This document shows, piece by piece, positions 16,653-25,896 of a stretch of 40,464 bases of DNA. The first letter of the stretch is position 1. The number at the start of each line of letters is the position of its first letter. Position numbers and translations under genes: made by a program. The notes beneath the pieces are model-generated. The model made no database searches. It was given only the letters and a program-made list of their open reading frames with translations, and was not told the DNA's origin. Source of the DNA: an uncultured Pelagibacterales bacterium (GTDB lineage Bacteria > Pseudomonadota > Alphaproteobacteria > Pelagibacterales > Pelagibacteraceae); the NCBI GenBank assembly GCA_913020625.1, contig CAJVZX010000001.1, positions 1-40,464 on the forward strand. The letters are read 5' to 3'.

Positions 16653-17674
16653 TGTAATCCCAAAGTTTCATTTAAGTGATAAGCAACATTCATATTTTGA
16701 ACAGCTTGTCCTGAAGCACCTTTGATTAAATTATCTATTGCGGAAATAATAATAACTTTATTTTTTTTTCTATCTTTACATATAGAAAGTTTACAATAAT
16801 TTGTATTCATCACATCACCAGTTCCAATTGGAGTGTTAAACTTAGCTATTTTAACAAAAAAATTATTTTTATGATATTGTTTTAAAAATTTATATATCTT
16901 TTTTGCATTATTTTTTCCAATTGTTTCTAAATATATAGTGGATAGAATTCCTCGAAACATTGGCAAAATATGTGGTGTAAAAAATACATTAATTTTTCTT
17001 TTTGATGCTTTTGATAATTCTTGATCAATTTCTGCCATATGTCTATGTGATCCTATTCCATAAGCAGAAACAGAATCAAATAAATTTTTAAATAAAAATT
17101 TTTTTTTAAAATTTCTTCCTGCTCCTGAATATCCAGATTTAGAATCAATAATTATATTGTTAACATTTATCATCCTTTTCTCTACTAAAGGGATCAGCGG
17201 AATTTGAGCAGAGGTTGGGTAACAACCTGGGCACGCGATTATTCTATGATTGTTAAGTTTATTTCTGGAAAATTCTGTAATTGCATAAATAGATTTATTT
17301 ATAAATTTTTTACAATTGTGATCTTTTTTATACCATTTTTTATATATTCTATGATCGTTTAATCTAAAATCAGCAGATAAGTCTATCAATTTAATATTAC
17401 TGGGGATTCTGTTTGCAATTTTTTGAGCTTCACCATTAGGAAGTGATGTGAAAAGAACATTCACTTTATTCCAATTAATTTTTTTAATATCAGAAATTTT
17501 TGGTAAATTTTTTTTCTTAATTTTCTTATCAAACATAGTAATTGATCTTCCTAGAGATCTTCTTGCACACAAATAAATAATGTTAGCTTTTGGATGTTTA
17601 AGTAGTATTTTAATCAACTCAAGCCCCACATATCCAGTTGCGCCCGCTATTGCTATATTTAATGAATCCTTCAT
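16649..17674 (-). CDS. argC: N-acetyl-gamma-glutamyl-phosphate reductase
   Basis: 341-aa ORF with GATGYVG and the active-site segment ACPGCYPTS. Confidence 0.9.
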   Translation of the reverse strand: MKDSLNIAIAGATGYVGLELIKILLKHPKANIIYLCARRSLGRSITMFDKKIKKKNLPKISDIKKINWNKVNVLFTSLPNGEAQKIANRIPSNIKLIDLSADFRLNDHRIYKKWYKKDHNCKKFINKSIYAITEFSRNKLNNHRIIACPGCYPTSAQIPLIPLVEKRMINVNNIIIDSKSGYSGAGRNFKKKFLFKNLFDSVSAYGIGSHRHMAEIDQELSKASKRKINVFFTPHILPMFRGILSTIYLETIGKNNAKKIYKFLKQYHKNNFFVKIAKFNTPIGTGDVMNTNYCKLSICKDRKKNKVIIISAIDNLIKGASGQAVQNMNVAYHLNETLGLQ

Positions 17675-17724
17675 AGTTTCCGATTATAACAGTTATTATT
17701 TTTAAGTGGTAATTTAAAGAAAGT

Positions 17725-18165
17725 TTATCTTTTAGAAAACTGGTAACTTCGTCTTGCTTTTCTATGTCCGTATTTTTTTCTTTCTACAGCCCTTGAATCT
17801 CTCGTAGTAAATTTTTCTTTTTTTAAAATCGTCTTTAGATCTGGCTCAAATTCAACCAAAGCTCTCGATATACCGAGAATTATGGCCCCAGCTTGACCAG
17901 TAAACCCTCCACCTTTTACGGTACATTTTACATCAAATTCATTTTCTCTCTTAGTTGCTGTAAACGGTCTGCAGATTGCAATATGTAAATTTGGCTTGTT
18001 AAAATAATTTATCATTTTTTTTCCATTAACATAAATATAGCCAGAACCTTTTTTCAACCAAACTCTAGCAATAGACTTCTTTCTTCTTCCGGTTGCATAT
18101 TTTGATTCTTTAAAATCCAACTTAATTTTATTAACAATAGATTTTGTATTTAATTGAGGTTCCAT
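17725..18165 (-). CDS. rpsI: 30S ribosomal protein S9
   Basis: 146-aa ORF with GGGFTGQAGA and the C-terminal RDSRAVERKKYGHRKARR. Confidence 0.95.
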   Translation of the reverse strand: MEPQLNTKSIVNKIKLDFKESKYATGRRKKSIARVWLKKGSGYIYVNGKKMINYFNKPNLHIAICRPFTATKRENEFDVKCTVKGGGFTGQAGAIILGISRALVEFEPDLKTILKKEKFTTRDSRAVERKKYGHRKARRSYQFSKR

Positions 18166-18166
18166 A

Positions 18167-18631
18167 TTAGTTTAATGAAATTTTGTTTTTATAGTTAATT
18201 TTACCAAAATCAATAATTTTTGGATTTTGTGATTCATGGGGATGCAATTTACCCTTGTATATTTTTAATTTGGAAAGCTGCTTTTTAGCCAAAGGACCGT
18301 CGGGCAGCATTCTTTTAACAGCTAATTTTAAAATTTCTTCAGGCTTTTTCTTTATCAAGACAGAAGGAGTGGTGCTTTTAATTCCACCAGGATGACCAGT
18401 ATGTCTATAATATTTTTTCTTGTTGTGTTTTTTTCCAGTAAATTTAATTTTTTCAATATTTGTTACAACAACAAAATCACCGTTATCCATATGAGGCGTG
18501 TATTGACTTTTATTTTTACCACGTAAAACTTTGGATATATAAGCAGCTAGCCTACCAACTATTACATTTTCGGCATCTATTAAAAGCCAATTATTTTTTA
18601 TTTCATTTTTCTTAATAAAATTTGTCATCAT
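18167..18631 (-). CDS. rplM: 50S ribosomal protein L13
   Basis: The track ORF starts at a GTG (18685). The likelier start is ATG 18631 or 18628 (MMTNFIKKNEIKNNWLLIDAE), giving a normal ~154-aa L13. Motifs: VGRLAAYISKVLRGK, YYRHTGHPGG. Confidence 0.9.
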   Translation of the reverse strand: MMTNFIKKNEIKNNWLLIDAENVIVGRLAAYISKVLRGKNKSQYTPHMDNGDFVVVTNIEKIKFTGKKHNKKKYYRHTGHPGGIKSTTPSVLIKKKPEEILKLAVKRMLPDGPLAKKQLSKLKIYKGKLHPHESQNPKIIDFGKINYKNKISLN

Positions 18632-18741
18632 AATTGGCGCATAAATACTGAGAATAGTAGATAATGTCAAATCTTTTAGAACCACGAAAAGTCTTTACAA
18701 TTAGTTGTTTGAGCATATTGCGCACCTTGAATTCTTATAAA

Positions 18742-18777
18742 GCTCTAAAAAAGCTGATATAAAACAAGCTTTAGAGC
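18742..18777 (-). terminator. weak candidate hairpin between ctaA and rplM
   Basis: GCTCTAAA (18742-18749) and TTTAGAGC (18770-18777) form an 8-bp stem with a 20-nt loop. On the minus strand it is followed by TTTATAAGAATT. The stem is weak and the U-tract poor. Confidence 0.25.
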
Positions 18778-18804
18778 ACACCGGAAGTGTAAAACTTAGA
18801 AATG

Positions 18805-19845
18805 TTAGTTGATTCTAGAATTTTTGAATACTAGAATTAAAGATGTTGTAACTAAGAGAATTGATCCTATTTGATGCATAGATGCTAAAATTATCCATGA
18901 ACCAGAAAGTACCGTTAAAATTCCTAAAAAAGTTTGTAAAAAAAGAAATATGAAAATTAACTGAGTAATATTTCTTAAATAAGCAAAATCTTTATATCTG
19001 TAAATTATAATTGCGATAAAACTAAACAATAAGATTATAAAATAAGCTACATTTCTATGTATAAATTGCAAAATAGAGGGCGTTTCTAAAGCTTTCAATG
19101 AAAATAGATCTCTAAGATTAGAGTCGTCAGGAAAATAACTCTGATTCATCAATGGCCATGATTGATATATCTTGCCAGCATCTAAACCTGAAACAAGAGC
19201 TCCTACGCAGATTTGTAAAAGTAAAAAAAGAATAAAAAAAATTGGTAAATGTAATGGCAATTTTTTATTAGATATCAAAACTTGTTGTTCTCTATGTTCA
19301 AGGTAATTCCACAATAGTAAAATGAAAATAATAAAAGCCAAAGTTAAATGCGTGGCTAAACGATAATGACTAACATCAGTTTTTTCCGTCAAACCGCTTC
19401 TAACCATGAACCATCCAATAAAACCTTGAAAGAGTATAAGTAACAAAATCAGATAAAGAGAAATTAATGAATTCTTTTTTATTTTTTTTTTAAGTGTAAA
19501 ATAGAGCAAAGGTATAAGAAAAAAAAGTCCAACAAAACGCCCCAACAATCTATGAATATATTCCCACCAGTAAATGGTCTTAAATTGATCTAAAGTCATT
19601 GATGAATTTAACAATTTATATTCGGGTATATATTTATATAGTGAAAATGATTTTTCCCATTCATTTAATGACAGGGGTGGCAATATTCCAGAAACCAAAT
19701 CCCATCTGGTAATCGATAGACCAGAATCAGTTAATCTAGTCAATCCACCTATGATAATCATTAAAGCTACAAGAAAAGTTATTAACAGTAACCAGTAGGA
19801 AATATAAATATTTTTATTTTTTTCATTCATAGTATTAATATACAT
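18805..19845 (-). CDS. ctaA: heme A synthase (COX15/CtaA family)
   Basis: 346-aa polytopic membrane ORF with GGLTRLTDSGLSITRW and conserved His-containing helices (EYIHRLLGR, ATHLT, FIHRNVAY). The start is ambiguous between M1 (19845) and M6 (19830). Confidence 0.85.
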   Translation of the reverse strand: MYINTMNEKNKNIYISYWLLLITFLVALMIIIGGLTRLTDSGLSITRWDLVSGILPPLSLNEWEKSFSLYKYIPEYKLLNSSMTLDQFKTIYWWEYIHRLLGRFVGLFFLIPLLYFTLKKKIKKNSLISLYLILLLILFQGFIGWFMVRSGLTEKTDVSHYRLATHLTLAFIIFILLLWNYLEHREQQVLISNKKLPLHLPIFFILFLLLQICVGALVSGLDAGKIYQSWPLMNQSYFPDDSNLRDLFSLKALETPSILQFIHRNVAYFIILLFSFIAIIIYRYKDFAYLRNITQLIFIFLFLQTFLGILTVLSGSWIILASMHQIGSILLVTTSLILVFKNSRIN

Positions 19846-19884
19846 ATCTATTTTATAAATTTATAATTATTTAATGTCACTCCA

Positions 19885-20166
19885 ATGAACAAAACAAAAC
19901 TTAAAATAGCTAGAAATAAAGTTGACCAAATAGATAAAAAAATCTTTGATTTAATTAAAGAGAGAACTAAAATTGTTAAATATATGTTAAGTATAAAAAA
20001 ATATAAAAGACAAATAATTGATCGCAAAAGAATAGACGATATTCTCAAAAAAATTAAAAATAAATCTATTAGATATGGCATTGATTCAAAACTAACATCA
20101 AGAATATGGAAATCTATAATATGGAGTTATGTTGAATTTCAAAAAAAAAAATTTAAAAAAAAATAA
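19885..20166 (+). CDS. monofunctional AroQ-type chorismate mutase
   Basis: 93-aa ORF that aligns with the AroQ helical pattern: ARNKVDQIDKKIFDLIKERTKI (catalytic Arg), SIKKYK (Lys), IIDRKRIDDIL, SIIWSYVEFQ (Ser/Gln). Preferred over the antisense 77-aa ORF. Confidence 0.7.
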   Translation: MNKTKLKIARNKVDQIDKKIFDLIKERTKIVKYMLSIKKYKRQIIDRKRIDDILKKIKNKSIRYGIDSKLTSRIWKSIIWSYVEFQKKKFKKK

Positions 20167-20358
20167 TTATTTACTATGTGGTGGTAATTTTTTTTCTACA
20201 AATATTTCATGTTTGCGAGTTGATGGATTATATTTTTTGATTTTAAGTTTATTTTTTGCCTTTTCACCAGTTGAAGGTTTTTTAACATAATAAAAAAAAG
20301 CACTATCAGGCTTGCTTTCTGGGACAAGACGAACTTTTATAGATGATTTTTTAGCCAT
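20167..20358 (-). CDS. rpmG: 50S ribosomal protein L33
   Basis: 63-aa ORF with MAKKSSIKVRLV ... KKYNPSTRKHEIFVEKK, matching the L33 pattern (KYDPVxRKHVxFKExK). Its stop abuts the chorismate mutase stop. Confidence 0.8.
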   Translation of the reverse strand: MAKKSSIKVRLVPESKPDSAFFYYVKKPSTGEKAKNKLKIKKYNPSTRKHEIFVEKKLPPHSK

Positions 20359-20757
20359 TTACCTATATTTCTTTAATTCTCTAATAATTCTAGAAATCTT
20401 TTCTATTCTACCTCTGACACTTTTACTGATTTTTAAATCATTTTTATATACACTTAAATTAATACCACCGTCAAGTGATTGTATTTCTGGATTATTTAAT
20501 ATTTTTTTTACTCCATTGATTGTCAAGCCTTTCTCCTTTAATAAAAATTTTATTAATTTAATAGTTTCAAAATTTTTTTTTGAATAATATCTTCTTTTTC
20601 CCGTACCAATTTCAGGACGAATTTGTTTGAATTGAGTTTCCCAATACCTAAGAGTATGTGTCTGTAAATGACCAGTATTTTTATCAATTAATCCTAGTTC
20701 CTTGGTGACTTCACCAATAGTTTTATAAGCATCATCGGATTTTGTAATATTATCCAT
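20359..20757 (-). CDS. MerR-family transcriptional regulator
   Basis: 132-aa ORF with the HTH segment YKTIGEVTKELGL ... HTLRYWE ... RRYYS. It sits in the conserved position downstream of ihfA. Confidence 0.8.
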   Translation of the reverse strand: MDNITKSDDAYKTIGEVTKELGLIDKNTGHLQTHTLRYWETQFKQIRPEIGTGKRRYYSKKNFETIKLIKFLLKEKGLTINGVKKILNNPEIQSLDGGINLSVYKNDLKISKSVRGRIEKISRIIRELKKYR

Positions 20758-21047
20758 TAATTATTTATTTTATCTTTAATAATATTTGATGGTTTGAATT
20801 TAACAACATTTCTTGCTGAAATTTTAGCTTTCACTTTAGTTTTGGGATTGCGCCCAATTCTTTCACTTTTACCTATAACCTCAAATGTTCCAAATGATGA
20901 AATCTTAATTTTTTTAAATTTCATCAGTATATCAATTATTGTTTCAAAGAAATCATCTATTATTCTTGAAGATGTATTTTTAGAGAAACCCAAGTTTTGA
21001 TAAACTTTATTAATTATATTTTTTCTTGTAAAATTTTTTTTTAGCAT
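20757..21047 (-). CDS. ihfA: integration host factor alpha-like (HU/IHF family)
   Basis: The HU/IHF fold motif FGTFEVIGKSERIGRNPKT is present. The start is set at ATG 21047, because the track start at 21050 is TTG. The call is supported by synteny with plsX and merR. Confidence 0.8.
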   Translation of the reverse strand: MLKKNFTRKNIINKVYQNLGFSKNTSSRIIDDFFETIIDILMKFKKIKISSFGTFEVIGKSERIGRNPKTKVKAKISARNVVKFKPSNIIKDKINN

Positions 21048-21068
21048 CAAAAAGAAATAGTACTGCTT

Positions 21069-22076
21069 TTATTCAGCGTCAACCGTAATTAAGTGTGATT
21101 TTATCTTTTTAATTAAATTAGCTTGTACAATTTTATGACACACTTCAATAGAATGAGCGAATCCAATAGCATCAGTTGAACCGTGACTTTTAACTACAGG
21201 GCTCTGAAGTCCTAAAAAAATTGCGCCATTATATTTCCTGGGGTCAAGTTTCTCCTTAAATTTTTTTAAAGATTTGTATGACATAATTATTGAAAGTTTG
21301 TTTAATGCTTTCTTTAAATTTTTTGTTATAAAATTAGCAGTACCTTCAGCAGTTTTTAGTGCTATGTTTCCAGTAAATCCATCAGTTATTATAACATCGA
21401 CATTTCCATCCATTATATGATTTCCTTCTATGAATCCTCTAAAATCAAAATTTTTTATTTTATTTTCTTTAAGTATTGAATAAGTTTTCTTCAATGTATC
21501 GCTTCCCTTATTTTCCTCAAGACCAATATTCAATAACGCGATTCGTGGATTATCATTTTTAAAAAGAGATTTAAATAGAGCTGAGCCCATGCACGCGAAA
21601 TCTACCAAATTCTTTTCGCTACATTCTATGTTAGCACCAAGATCAAGAACAACATTCATGCCGTTATTGTTTGGCCATAAACCTGCTAATGCAGGTTTGT
21701 TAATTCCGTCAATTGATTTTAATAAAAGTCGAGAGATTATTAAAAGCGCTCCAGTATTCCCAGCGGAAAGAGAAATATCAGTTTTATTTTCTTTTTGGGA
21801 TTCAATAGCTTTCCACATGCTTGAATCTCTACCAGTTTTCGCAGCAACAAGAGGGCTTTCTTCATCTTCAATAATATTTTTTGTATTAATGATTTCGCAA
21901 TATTGCTCAATTGATTTATTCCTTGCTATTTCTTTTTCCAAAATTTCCTGACGTCCATAAAGAGAGAAAAAATTATTTTTATTAAATTTTAGAGAAATAT
22001 TTATTCCTTCAATTATTTTTTTTGGAGAGTTTTCCCCACTCATTGCATCTACTGCAATCTTAATTTTGTTGCTCAT
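21069..22076 (-). CDS. plsX: phosphate acyltransferase PlsX
   Basis: 335-aa ORF with IAVDAMSGE, SAGNTGAL, DGFTGNIALKT and LGLQSPVVKSHG. Confidence 0.9.
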   Translation of the reverse strand: MSNKIKIAVDAMSGENSPKKIIEGINISLKFNKNNFFSLYGRQEILEKEIARNKSIEQYCEIINTKNIIEDEESPLVAAKTGRDSSMWKAIESQKENKTDISLSAGNTGALLIISRLLLKSIDGINKPALAGLWPNNNGMNVVLDLGANIECSEKNLVDFACMGSALFKSLFKNDNPRIALLNIGLEENKGSDTLKKTYSILKENKIKNFDFRGFIEGNHIMDGNVDVIITDGFTGNIALKTAEGTANFITKNLKKALNKLSIIMSYKSLKKFKEKLDPRKYNGAIFLGLQSPVVKSHGSTDAIGFAHSIEVCHKIVQANLIKKIKSHLITVDAE

Positions 22077-22094
22077 GCTATATTAATTAAATTT

Positions 22095-22274
22095 TTATTT
22101 TTTTGGATCAAAAACTTGTCTACCTTTATAGAGGCCAGTTTTTAAATCTACGTGATGCGACAATCTAAACTCTCCAGATTTCTTGTCTTCAATAATATTT
22201 ACATTTTTTAATCTGTGATGAGATCTTCTTTTATCTCTTCTGGATTTCGAGGTTTTTCGTTTAGGTACTGCCAT
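22095..22274 (-). CDS. rpmF: 50S ribosomal protein L32 (not in the supplied ORF track)
   Basis: Hand-translated as [59 protein letters not shown] (59 aa). It has the canonical L32 N-terminus and sits upstream of plsX as expected. Confidence 0.9.
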   Translation of the reverse strand: MAVPKRKTSKSRRDKRRSHHRLKNVNIIEDKKSGEFRLSHHVDLKTGLYKGRQVFDPKK

Positions 22275-22285
22275 TTACAATATGT

Positions 22286-22810
22286 TCATTTATAATGAAA
22301 ATTTAAATCACCATTTAATACACTATCTGAACTTAAATCAAAACAAAAAGCTTGATAAGTGTCAAAATATTCAACTAAAGCAATATTAATAGGACTTTTT
22401 TTGTCATTATTTTGAGATAGATATTTTAACAAATATGAATTTTTATTTTTTATATTTTTTTGTGCATATTTTTCACTATCTAGCAAAATATTGTAAAACA
22501 TATTAATCATAAATTTCATTTTTTTGTTAACCGTCATATCGCTACAACCAACTTCTCTCATATTGAGTTCTATTTTTTTGAAAGTGTAATCAAACAATTT
22601 CTGATCAAATTCTTTGTATATCAATTGTTCGTTTTTTTGTTTTGTTCTAATAAACAAAAATGAAATATGAAGAAAAATAAGATTGATTCTATTCTGAAAA
22701 GTATCTTTCAAACCAAATTTTATGTAAAATAATTTATTTCGTGATAAAAATAGAACTTTGTTATATAACTTATCTTCCTGTGATTTTACTTTTTTGATAT
22801 ATTTGTTCAT
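22286..22810 (-). CDS. ubiquinol-cytochrome c chaperone (Cbp3-like) family protein
   Basis: 174-aa ORF. The call rests on a loose match to the family pattern (LYNKVLFLSRNKLFY ... DTFQNRINLIFLHISFLFIR) and on the conserved position between bamE and rpmF in alphaproteobacteria. Confidence 0.5.
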   Translation of the reverse strand: MNKYIKKVKSQEDKLYNKVLFLSRNKLFYIKFGLKDTFQNRINLIFLHISFLFIRTKQKNEQLIYKEFDQKLFDYTFKKIELNMREVGCSDMTVNKKMKFMINMFYNILLDSEKYAQKNIKNKNSYLLKYLSQNNDKKSPINIALVEYFDTYQAFCFDLSSDSVLNGDLNFHYK

Positions 22811-23263
22811 ATGAAAAATATTGTAATATTATTGTTGACAAGTTTAGTTTTTTTAACAGAATGTCAACGCATTAAATTAACCAAAACACACGGGATAGCA
22901 TATCTTGATAAGAGAGAAAAGTTAATCATTGTAAGTAAATCAAATAAAAATGACGCAATTAAAGTTTTAGGACAACCTGCGACCAAAGGGATGACTGACG
23001 ATAATTTATGGATTTATATAGAAAGAACGATAACCAAAGGTAAAACTTTAAAACTTGGCAGAAGTGAATTAACTAAAAATAATGTTTTAGTTTTAGAATT
23101 TGATAAATATGGTGTTTTAAATAATAAAACTTTTTATGATAAAAAAAATATAAAAGATATAAAATTTGCGAAAGCTATTACCGAAAATGATATTAGGAGA
23201 GAAAATTTTGTTTATAGTTTTTTGTCTAGTGTTAGACAAAAAATGGAGCAGGGAAGAAAATAA
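22811..23263 (+). CDS. bamE: outer-membrane assembly lipoprotein BamE (SmpA/OmlA family)
   Basis: 150-aa ORF with a signal peptide and an atypical lipobox (FLTEC). It contains the SmpA/OmlA-like segment LGQPATKGMTDDNLWIYIE. Confidence 0.6.
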   Translation: MKNIVILLLTSLVFLTECQRIKLTKTHGIAYLDKREKLIIVSKSNKNDAIKVLGQPATKGMTDDNLWIYIERTITKGKTLKLGRSELTKNNVLVLEFDKYGVLNNKTFYDKKNIKDIKFAKAITENDIRRENFVYSFLSSVRQKMEQGRK

Positions 23264-23265
23264 TA

Positions 23266-25359
23266 TTAGTGTGCTATAACCGCCAAGAGAAGCAATGCAA
23301 CTATATTAGTTATTTTGATCATGGGATTCACCGCAGGACCAGCTGTATCTTTATACGGATCGCCAACAGTGTCTCCAGTAACAGCAGCCTTGTGTGCTTC
23401 TGAACCTTTGCCGCCAAATTTACCATCTTCGATATATTTTTTTGCATTGTCCCATGCTCCACCACCAGCCGTCATTGATATTGCAACAAATAAACCTGTG
23501 ATAATAACTCCCAGTAACATGGCTCCAACAGCGGATAACGCAGATTCAAGTCCTCCGATTACTAGGACAACAAAATATAAAATTATAGGTGATAAAACAG
23601 GTAATAATGATGGTATTATCATTTCTTTGATTGCTGCTTTAGTTAATAAATCTACCAATCTTCCATAATCAGGTTTTCTTTTGCGTTTCATAATTCCAGG
23701 TATTTTCTTGAATTGCCTTCTTACCTCAATAACTACAGCGCCACCTGCTCTTCCCACAGCCTGCATAGACATTGATCCGAATAGATAAGGAAGCATACCT
23801 CCAACTAATAAACCAACAACAACAAAAGGATTGGATAAATCAAAATTTACTGAAATATTTTCAAGATTCGAACCACTAACATTTGAGAAAAATTTTATGT
23901 CTTCTGTATAGGCAGCAAATAAAACTAGCGCACCTAATCCCGCTGAACCTATAGCATAACCTTTGGTAACAGCTTTTGTTGTATTTCCCACAGCATCTAA
24001 AGCATCGGTAGTTTTTCTAATTTTTTTAGGTAGATTTGACATTTCTGCGATACCTCCAGCATTATCTGTAACTGGTCCATAAGCATCCAAGGCAACAACC
24101 ATACCAGCTAAAGCGAGCATAGTGGTTACTGCTATTGCTATACCAAATAAACCAGCAAAGTGATTTGTCATTAAAATTCCTGATACAATAATCAATGCTG
24201 GTAATGCTGTTGCCTCCAAAGAAACAGCTAATCCTTGAATAACGTTTGTGCCATGACCAGTCGTTGATGATTTGGCAATGCTTAAAACGGGACGAAATTT
24301 TGTACCTGTATAAAATTCCGTTACCCATATGATAAGGCCCGTAATTACCAAACCAATAATTCCACAAAAATAAAGATCTAAACCAGTAAATTCAGAATTT
24401 GTTGACGAATAAGTATTATTTAAACCAATTATTCTATCCGTAATTGGATATAGTAACACTAAAGACAAAATAGCTGTAGCTATAAACCCTTTGTACAGAG
24501 CTCCCATTATATTTTTACTCGGACCTAAGCGAACAAAAAAAGTTCCTACTATTGATGTAATTATACATGTGGCTCCAATTGCCAATGGATAAATCATCAT
24601 ACTTAAATTGTTAACAAAGAATATTGACGATAAAACCATAGTAGCAACAATTGTGACAGCATAAGTTTCAAACAGGTCGGCAGCCATTCCAGCGCAATCA
24701 CCAACGTTATCCCCAACGTTATCAGCTATCACAGCAGGATTTCTTGGATCGTCCTCAGGAATTCCTACCTCAACTTTACCAACTAGATCAGCGCCTACAT
24801 CAGCACCTTTTGTAAAAATTCCTCCGCCTAATCTTGCAAAAATTGAGATTAGAGAAGCACCAAAACCGAGTCCGATGAGAGCATTAATTATTTCCCTATT
24901 TTCTATATTTAATTTTAATAAAATTAAGTAATAAATTGATATTGACAACAAAGCTAATCCCGCAACCAGCATTCCAGTTACAGCACCAGACTTAAATGCT
25001 ATATTTAGGCCCGCTGCTAGACCCTTTCTCGAAGCTTCTGCTGTTCTAACATTTGCCTGAACAGATACAAGCATTCCAATATATCCTGCTGCACCTGAGA
25101 GAAAAGCACCAATAAAATATCCAAGACCCACCCATATACCTAAAGCATAAGAAATAATAATAAGAATGACAATTCCTGCTATAGCAATAGTCTTATATTG
25201 ACGATTCAAATAGGCTCTCGCTCCCTCCTGAATAGCACTAGCAATTTCTCTCATTTTTAAATTACCCTGGCTAGCAGATAAGATTTGTTTACTTGCTATA
25301 AAACCATATAGAATTGCTAAAAAACCAGCAGCTATTACAAAGGCATGTGTAACAATCAT
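23266..25359 (-). CDS. hppA: membrane-bound proton-translocating pyrophosphatase, K+-independent type
   Basis: 697-aa polytopic ORF with [22 protein letters not shown] and [19 protein letters not shown]. Lys in the GNTTKA motif is the marker of K+-independent enzymes. Confidence 0.95.
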   Translation of the reverse strand: MIVTHAFVIAAGFLAILYGFIASKQILSASQGNLKMREIASAIQEGARAYLNRQYKTIAIAGIVILIIISYALGIWVGLGYFIGAFLSGAAGYIGMLVSVQANVRTAEASRKGLAAGLNIAFKSGAVTGMLVAGLALLSISIYYLILLKLNIENREIINALIGLGFGASLISIFARLGGGIFTKGADVGADLVGKVEVGIPEDDPRNPAVIADNVGDNVGDCAGMAADLFETYAVTIVATMVLSSIFFVNNLSMMIYPLAIGATCIITSIVGTFFVRLGPSKNIMGALYKGFIATAILSLVLLYPITDRIIGLNNTYSSTNSEFTGLDLYFCGIIGLVITGLIIWVTEFYTGTKFRPVLSIAKSSTTGHGTNVIQGLAVSLEATALPALIIVSGILMTNHFAGLFGIAIAVTTMLALAGMVVALDAYGPVTDNAGGIAEMSNLPKKIRKTTDALDAVGNTTKAVTKGYAIGSAGLGALVLFAAYTEDIKFFSNVSGSNLENISVNFDLSNPFVVVGLLVGGMLPYLFGSMSMQAVGRAGGAVVIEVRRQFKKIPGIMKRKRKPDYGRLVDLLTKAAIKEMIIPSLLPVLSPIILYFVVLVIGGLESALSAVGAMLLGVIITGLFVAISMTAGGGAWDNAKKYIEDGKFGGKGSEAHKAAVTGDTVGDPYKDTAGPAVNPMIKITNIVALLLLAVIAH

Positions 25360-25491
25360 TTTAAAAATTAGTTTTGATTAAAAAAAAGAAAATTGTCAAA
25401 AAAAATCATAAAAGGCAACAAAAATCTTTAATAAAGAATTGTGTATATATCTCATTATTTTATCATATTGTATAAATTTTTTAATAAGAAT

Positions 25492-25896
25492 TCATTTATC
25501 TTTACTTCGGCTTACTTTTGAAATTTTATCTAAGATAGCATTCAAAAAATTTTTTTGTGATCTTCCGGCAAAAAAATCAGAAACTTTTAGATATTCACTA
25601 ATAACAACTTTAATTGGAGTTTTGTGCATAAACATAAATTCATAAATTGCTGCCATAATCATTAATTTTGTCATTAACTCTGTCTTATTTTCGTTAATAT
25701 CATCCTTTAATTCTTTATCTATTAAATTTTGAATTAATTCTTTTCTTTCAACTGTCCCATTAACAACATCTTTTATGAATTTTTTATATCTGTGTTTAGG
25801 AAAAGTTATTTCAGAGTTTTTGTTTAAATGATGGGCGTATAATTTTTGAATTACAATAACTCTAGGATTTTGAAGAGCCTCGTTATACATTTTCAA
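25492..25896 (-). CDS. nusB: transcription antitermination factor NusB
   Basis: 134-aa track ORF starting at TTG 25896. ATG 25890 (MYNEALQNPRV...) is an equally plausible start. The gene sits in the conserved position after ribH. Confidence 0.8.
   Translation of the reverse strand: MKMYNEALQNPRVIVIQKLYAHHLNKNSEITFPKHRYKKFIKDVVNGTVERKELIQNLIDKELKDDINENKTELMTKLMIMAAIYEFMFMHKTPIKVVISEYLKVSDFFAGRSQKNFLNAILDKISKVSRSKDK

Noticed and set aside
18632-18685. GTG-initiated 18-aa extension of rplM
   Set aside because: L13 proteins begin close to the conserved W-x-x-x-DA segment. ATG 18631/18628 gives the normal length, while the extension (VLKDLTLSTILSIYAPI) has no counterpart in L13.
18770-18800. CCGGAAG segment in the ctaA-rplM spacer as a possible SRP (4.5S) RNA domain IV
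   Set aside because: Only the 7-mer matches. The adjacent conserved GGAAGCAGCC-type sequence and the symmetric-loop partner strand are absent.
19848-20081. 77-aa hydrophobic minus-strand ORF overlapping the chorismate mutase ORF
   Set aside because: The plus-strand ORF aligns with the AroQ chorismate mutase helical pattern, including the catalytic Arg/Lys/Gln positions. The minus-strand ORF is a low-complexity L/I/F-rich shadow of an A/K-rich coding sequence.
21589-21951. Other antisense ORFs of 60-170 aa: 645-872, 2456-2647, 3548-3733, 9971-10180, 11484-11666, 12603-12812, 20312-20587, 20794-21000, 21589-21951, 23315-23668, 24062-24367, 25439-25645, 28015-28527, 30104-30301, 30546-30869, 31511-31693, 32270-32479, 32491-32682, 33623-34000, 35566-35799, 35934-36182, 36685-36885, 37330-37551, 37529-37711
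   Set aside because: Each lies wholly or mostly inside a confidently identified gene on the opposite strand or in another frame, and shows no family motifs. They are treated as shadow ORFs.
25428-25492. Imperfect direct repeat TTAATAAAGAATT / TTAATAAGAATT in the nusB-hppA spacer, and a TTGACA hexamer (minus strand, 25399-25394) upstream of hppA
   Set aside because: The repeat is short, AT-only and has an indel. No acceptable -10 hexamer sits 16-18 nt from the TTGACA. The evidence is too weak to call a regulatory element or promoter.
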